Assembly: GCA_963831955.1 (NCBI GenBank)
Contig: CAWHSG010000001.1
Span: 903,140 to 967,139 of the forward strand
DNA from: an uncultured Acidobacteriota bacterium
GTDB taxonomy: Bacteria; Acidobacteriota; Terriglobia; Acidiferrales; UBA7541
DNA length: 64,000 nt
Direction of reading: 5' to 3'
The translations under genes and the position numbers were made by a program. This document shows, piece after piece, positions 62,599-64,000 of this stretch; within the stretch, counting starts at the first letter, position 1; each line of letters begins with the position of its first letter. The notes under the pieces were generated by a model, which saw only the letters and a program-made list of their open reading frames with translations, did no database searches and was not told the DNA's origin.

Positions 62599-63756
62599 TC
62601 ATTTCGCGGGTGCCGGCGGCAAATAATATCCCGGTCGCGTCCTAACCCGCACGCCCGGCCGGCTTACAGTGACCTTAATTTCATGAAATCCCGAAGGCTC
62701 ATCCCCGGGCGGCTTATAACCCAGCGTGTATTGCGCGTGAAGCTCAGCCCCGATTTCATCCATCACTTTTTCGATCGTCCGGTCCTTCATCGTCGCGTAA
62801 TGCACTCCGCCCGTCGCCTCCGTAGCCACCTCCAACGCATGATTCTTCACCGCGTTCGAAGCGTGCTTCACGACCCAAATCGCCAGAGAAAGCATGTCAA
62901 TATTCCCGTAAGTCTGCGCCTCCGTCTGCGGAGTCTCCGGCACTCCCGGCGGCGTTGGCACAGGAAAAGTTCCGGGCGGCCCGATTTCCGTGGGTGTATA
63001 AGGCTTCGGCGGATTGCGGAACTCGGCGCCCAGCGTGCTCAATCCAATCGTATAAATCGTAACGTTGGCCAGCGTAGCCTCGCGCAAAGCCTGCCCCAAT
63101 TTCGTCTCGCTCCCGGTATCCTGCGCCTCGCCCACAATCAAAAGGATCCGCCGCTCGCGTTCCGGCTGCTTGGCCAGCAACCGCACGCTCTCCGAAATCG
63201 CATCGTAGAGCCGCGCTCCAGAAGATCCCATCGGCAACCCATGGATCGCGCTCTCCACCAAATCTGCGTCGCTGGTAAAATCCCGCCGCACATCAATCGA
63301 ATCGTCGTAAGTAACCACCGCCGCTTCGCCCGACCGCGCCATCACCGTCTGCGTAAAAATGGTCGCCGAGTGCCGCACCGCCGGAAGCAGCGACTCGATC
63401 CGCGAGCTGCTCTCCGCCAGAAACACCACCGCTAAGGGATCGCCACCGAGATCGAAGTGAAGAATCGTCTGCTCCGCTCCGTTATCGAAAACGTGGAAGT
63501 CCTTTTGCTCCAAATCCAGAATCAATTCTCCGTCGCGATCCTGCACCGTAACCGGAGTAATCACTTCCGTGGTACGAACAATCAGCGGCTTCTCCTGCAA
63601 AGGAGGCGGGTTCAGGTCAATGCCAGGCTTCTTGTCATTAGCGCCGGCCGCCGGATGAATCGGCCCGGCAGGCTGCTGCGCACGCGCGGGACCAGCCGTC
63701 GCGAAAAAAATCGCTGTGACCAAAATCCAGCCGGCAATTCGAGCGCACATTCTCAT
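62599..63756 (-). CDS. VWA domain protein (acidobacterial VWFA-related type), secreted
   Basis: Signal peptide MRMCARIAGWILVTAIFFATAGPARA. RDGELILDLEQKDFHVFDNGAEQTI, a VWA core, and C-terminal YTLGYKPP...FHEIKV. Confidence 0.75.
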   Translation of the reverse strand: MRMCARIAGWILVTAIFFATAGPARAQQPAGPIHPAAGANDKKPGIDLNPPPLQEKPLIVRTTEVITPVTVQDRDGELILDLEQKDFHVFDNGAEQTILHFDLGGDPLAVVFLAESSSRIESLLPAVRHSATIFTQTVMARSGEAAVVTYDDSIDVRRDFTSDADLVESAIHGLPMGSSGARLYDAISESVRLLAKQPERERRILLIVGEAQDTGSETKLGQALREATLANVTIYTIGLSTLGAEFRNPPKPYTPTEIGPPGTFPVPTPPGVPETPQTEAQTYGNIDMLSLAIWVVKHASNAVKNHALEVATEATGGVHYATMKDRTIEKVMDEIGAELHAQYTLGYKPPGDEPSGFHEIKVTVSRPGVRVRTRPGYYLPPAPAK

Positions 63757-63864
63757 CGAAGTCAGTCTATCTGATTCCGCCACATTTCCGCGTGTTGCAC
63801 GCTCCCCCGTGCGTGAACCGTCTAGCTTTTCCCGGCAACCATCTCCTAAAATGAACAAGCTCTC

Positions 63865-63891
63865 GTAGGGGAGGGTGCTTCAGACCCTCCC
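63865..63891 (+). repeat. REP-like hairpin family B, short form
   Basis: GTAGGGGAGGGTGCTTCAGACCCTCCC followed by GCTTTTCGGCC, as in the flank of the 1185 copy. Confidence 0.7.
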
Positions 63892-63953
63892 GCTTTTCGG
63901 CCTTGTCTTCTTGTGCGAATCAAGCTCCATGTTCCCAAAACCTAGGAGGACGA

Positions 63954-64000
63954 ATGTCTCCGATCCGCCATCTCCCCATGTCCAAACTGGCCTATCAGGA
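63954..64000 (+). CDS. start of an unidentified CDS (3' end outside window)
   Basis: AGGAGG 4 nt before the ATG. It is open to the window end (MSPIRHLPMSKLAYQ) and too short to identify. Confidence 0.3.
   Translation, partial: MSPIRHLPMSKLAYQ

Overview
This is a high-GC bacterial chromosomal window (GC judged by eye, not computed) around the replication origin. On the minus strand it carries dnaA, dnaN, gyrB, a PPOX-like gene and gyrA, with DnaA-box-like 9-mers on both sides of dnaA. It also holds thrS-(inserted ORF)-infC-rpmI-rplT-pheS-pheT, the class II B12-dependent ribonucleotide reductase nrdJ, partial glmM, zapA, a ymdB-like phosphoesterase and a rhodanese. The protein families present (CarboxypepD_reg-type TonB-dependent receptor, acidobacterial-type VWFA protein, MacB/FtsX permeases, IPT/TIG and PQQ-propeller lipoproteins) suggest Acidobacteriota; this is an inference.

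Accessory and unusual content:
1. Two near-identical 1358/1357-bp IS5/IS1182-superfamily elements lie in inverted orientation. Each sits in the CTGAAG loop of a REP-like hairpin with a 6-bp direct duplication, and one copy carries a 1-bp frameshift.
2. Several families of GTAG-headed REP-like palindromes abut stop codons, often as inverted pairs between convergent genes.
3. A nearly perfect 33-bp x 9.8 tandem array of hairpins lies upstream of a large IPT/TIG lipoprotein gene.
4. A czcCBA-type heavy-metal RND operon is bracketed by two paralogous small membrane-anchored proteins sharing an HxH...ACPVCHxxH motif. I consider this the best candidate for an undescribed module.
5. A putative nrdJ promoter has a DnaA box in its spacer, a 13-bp perfect AT-rich inverted repeat and a roughly 290-nt leader.

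I recognised no rRNA, tRNA, CRISPR, prophage or classical defence genes. All functional calls come from reading the supplied translations; no database search was run.
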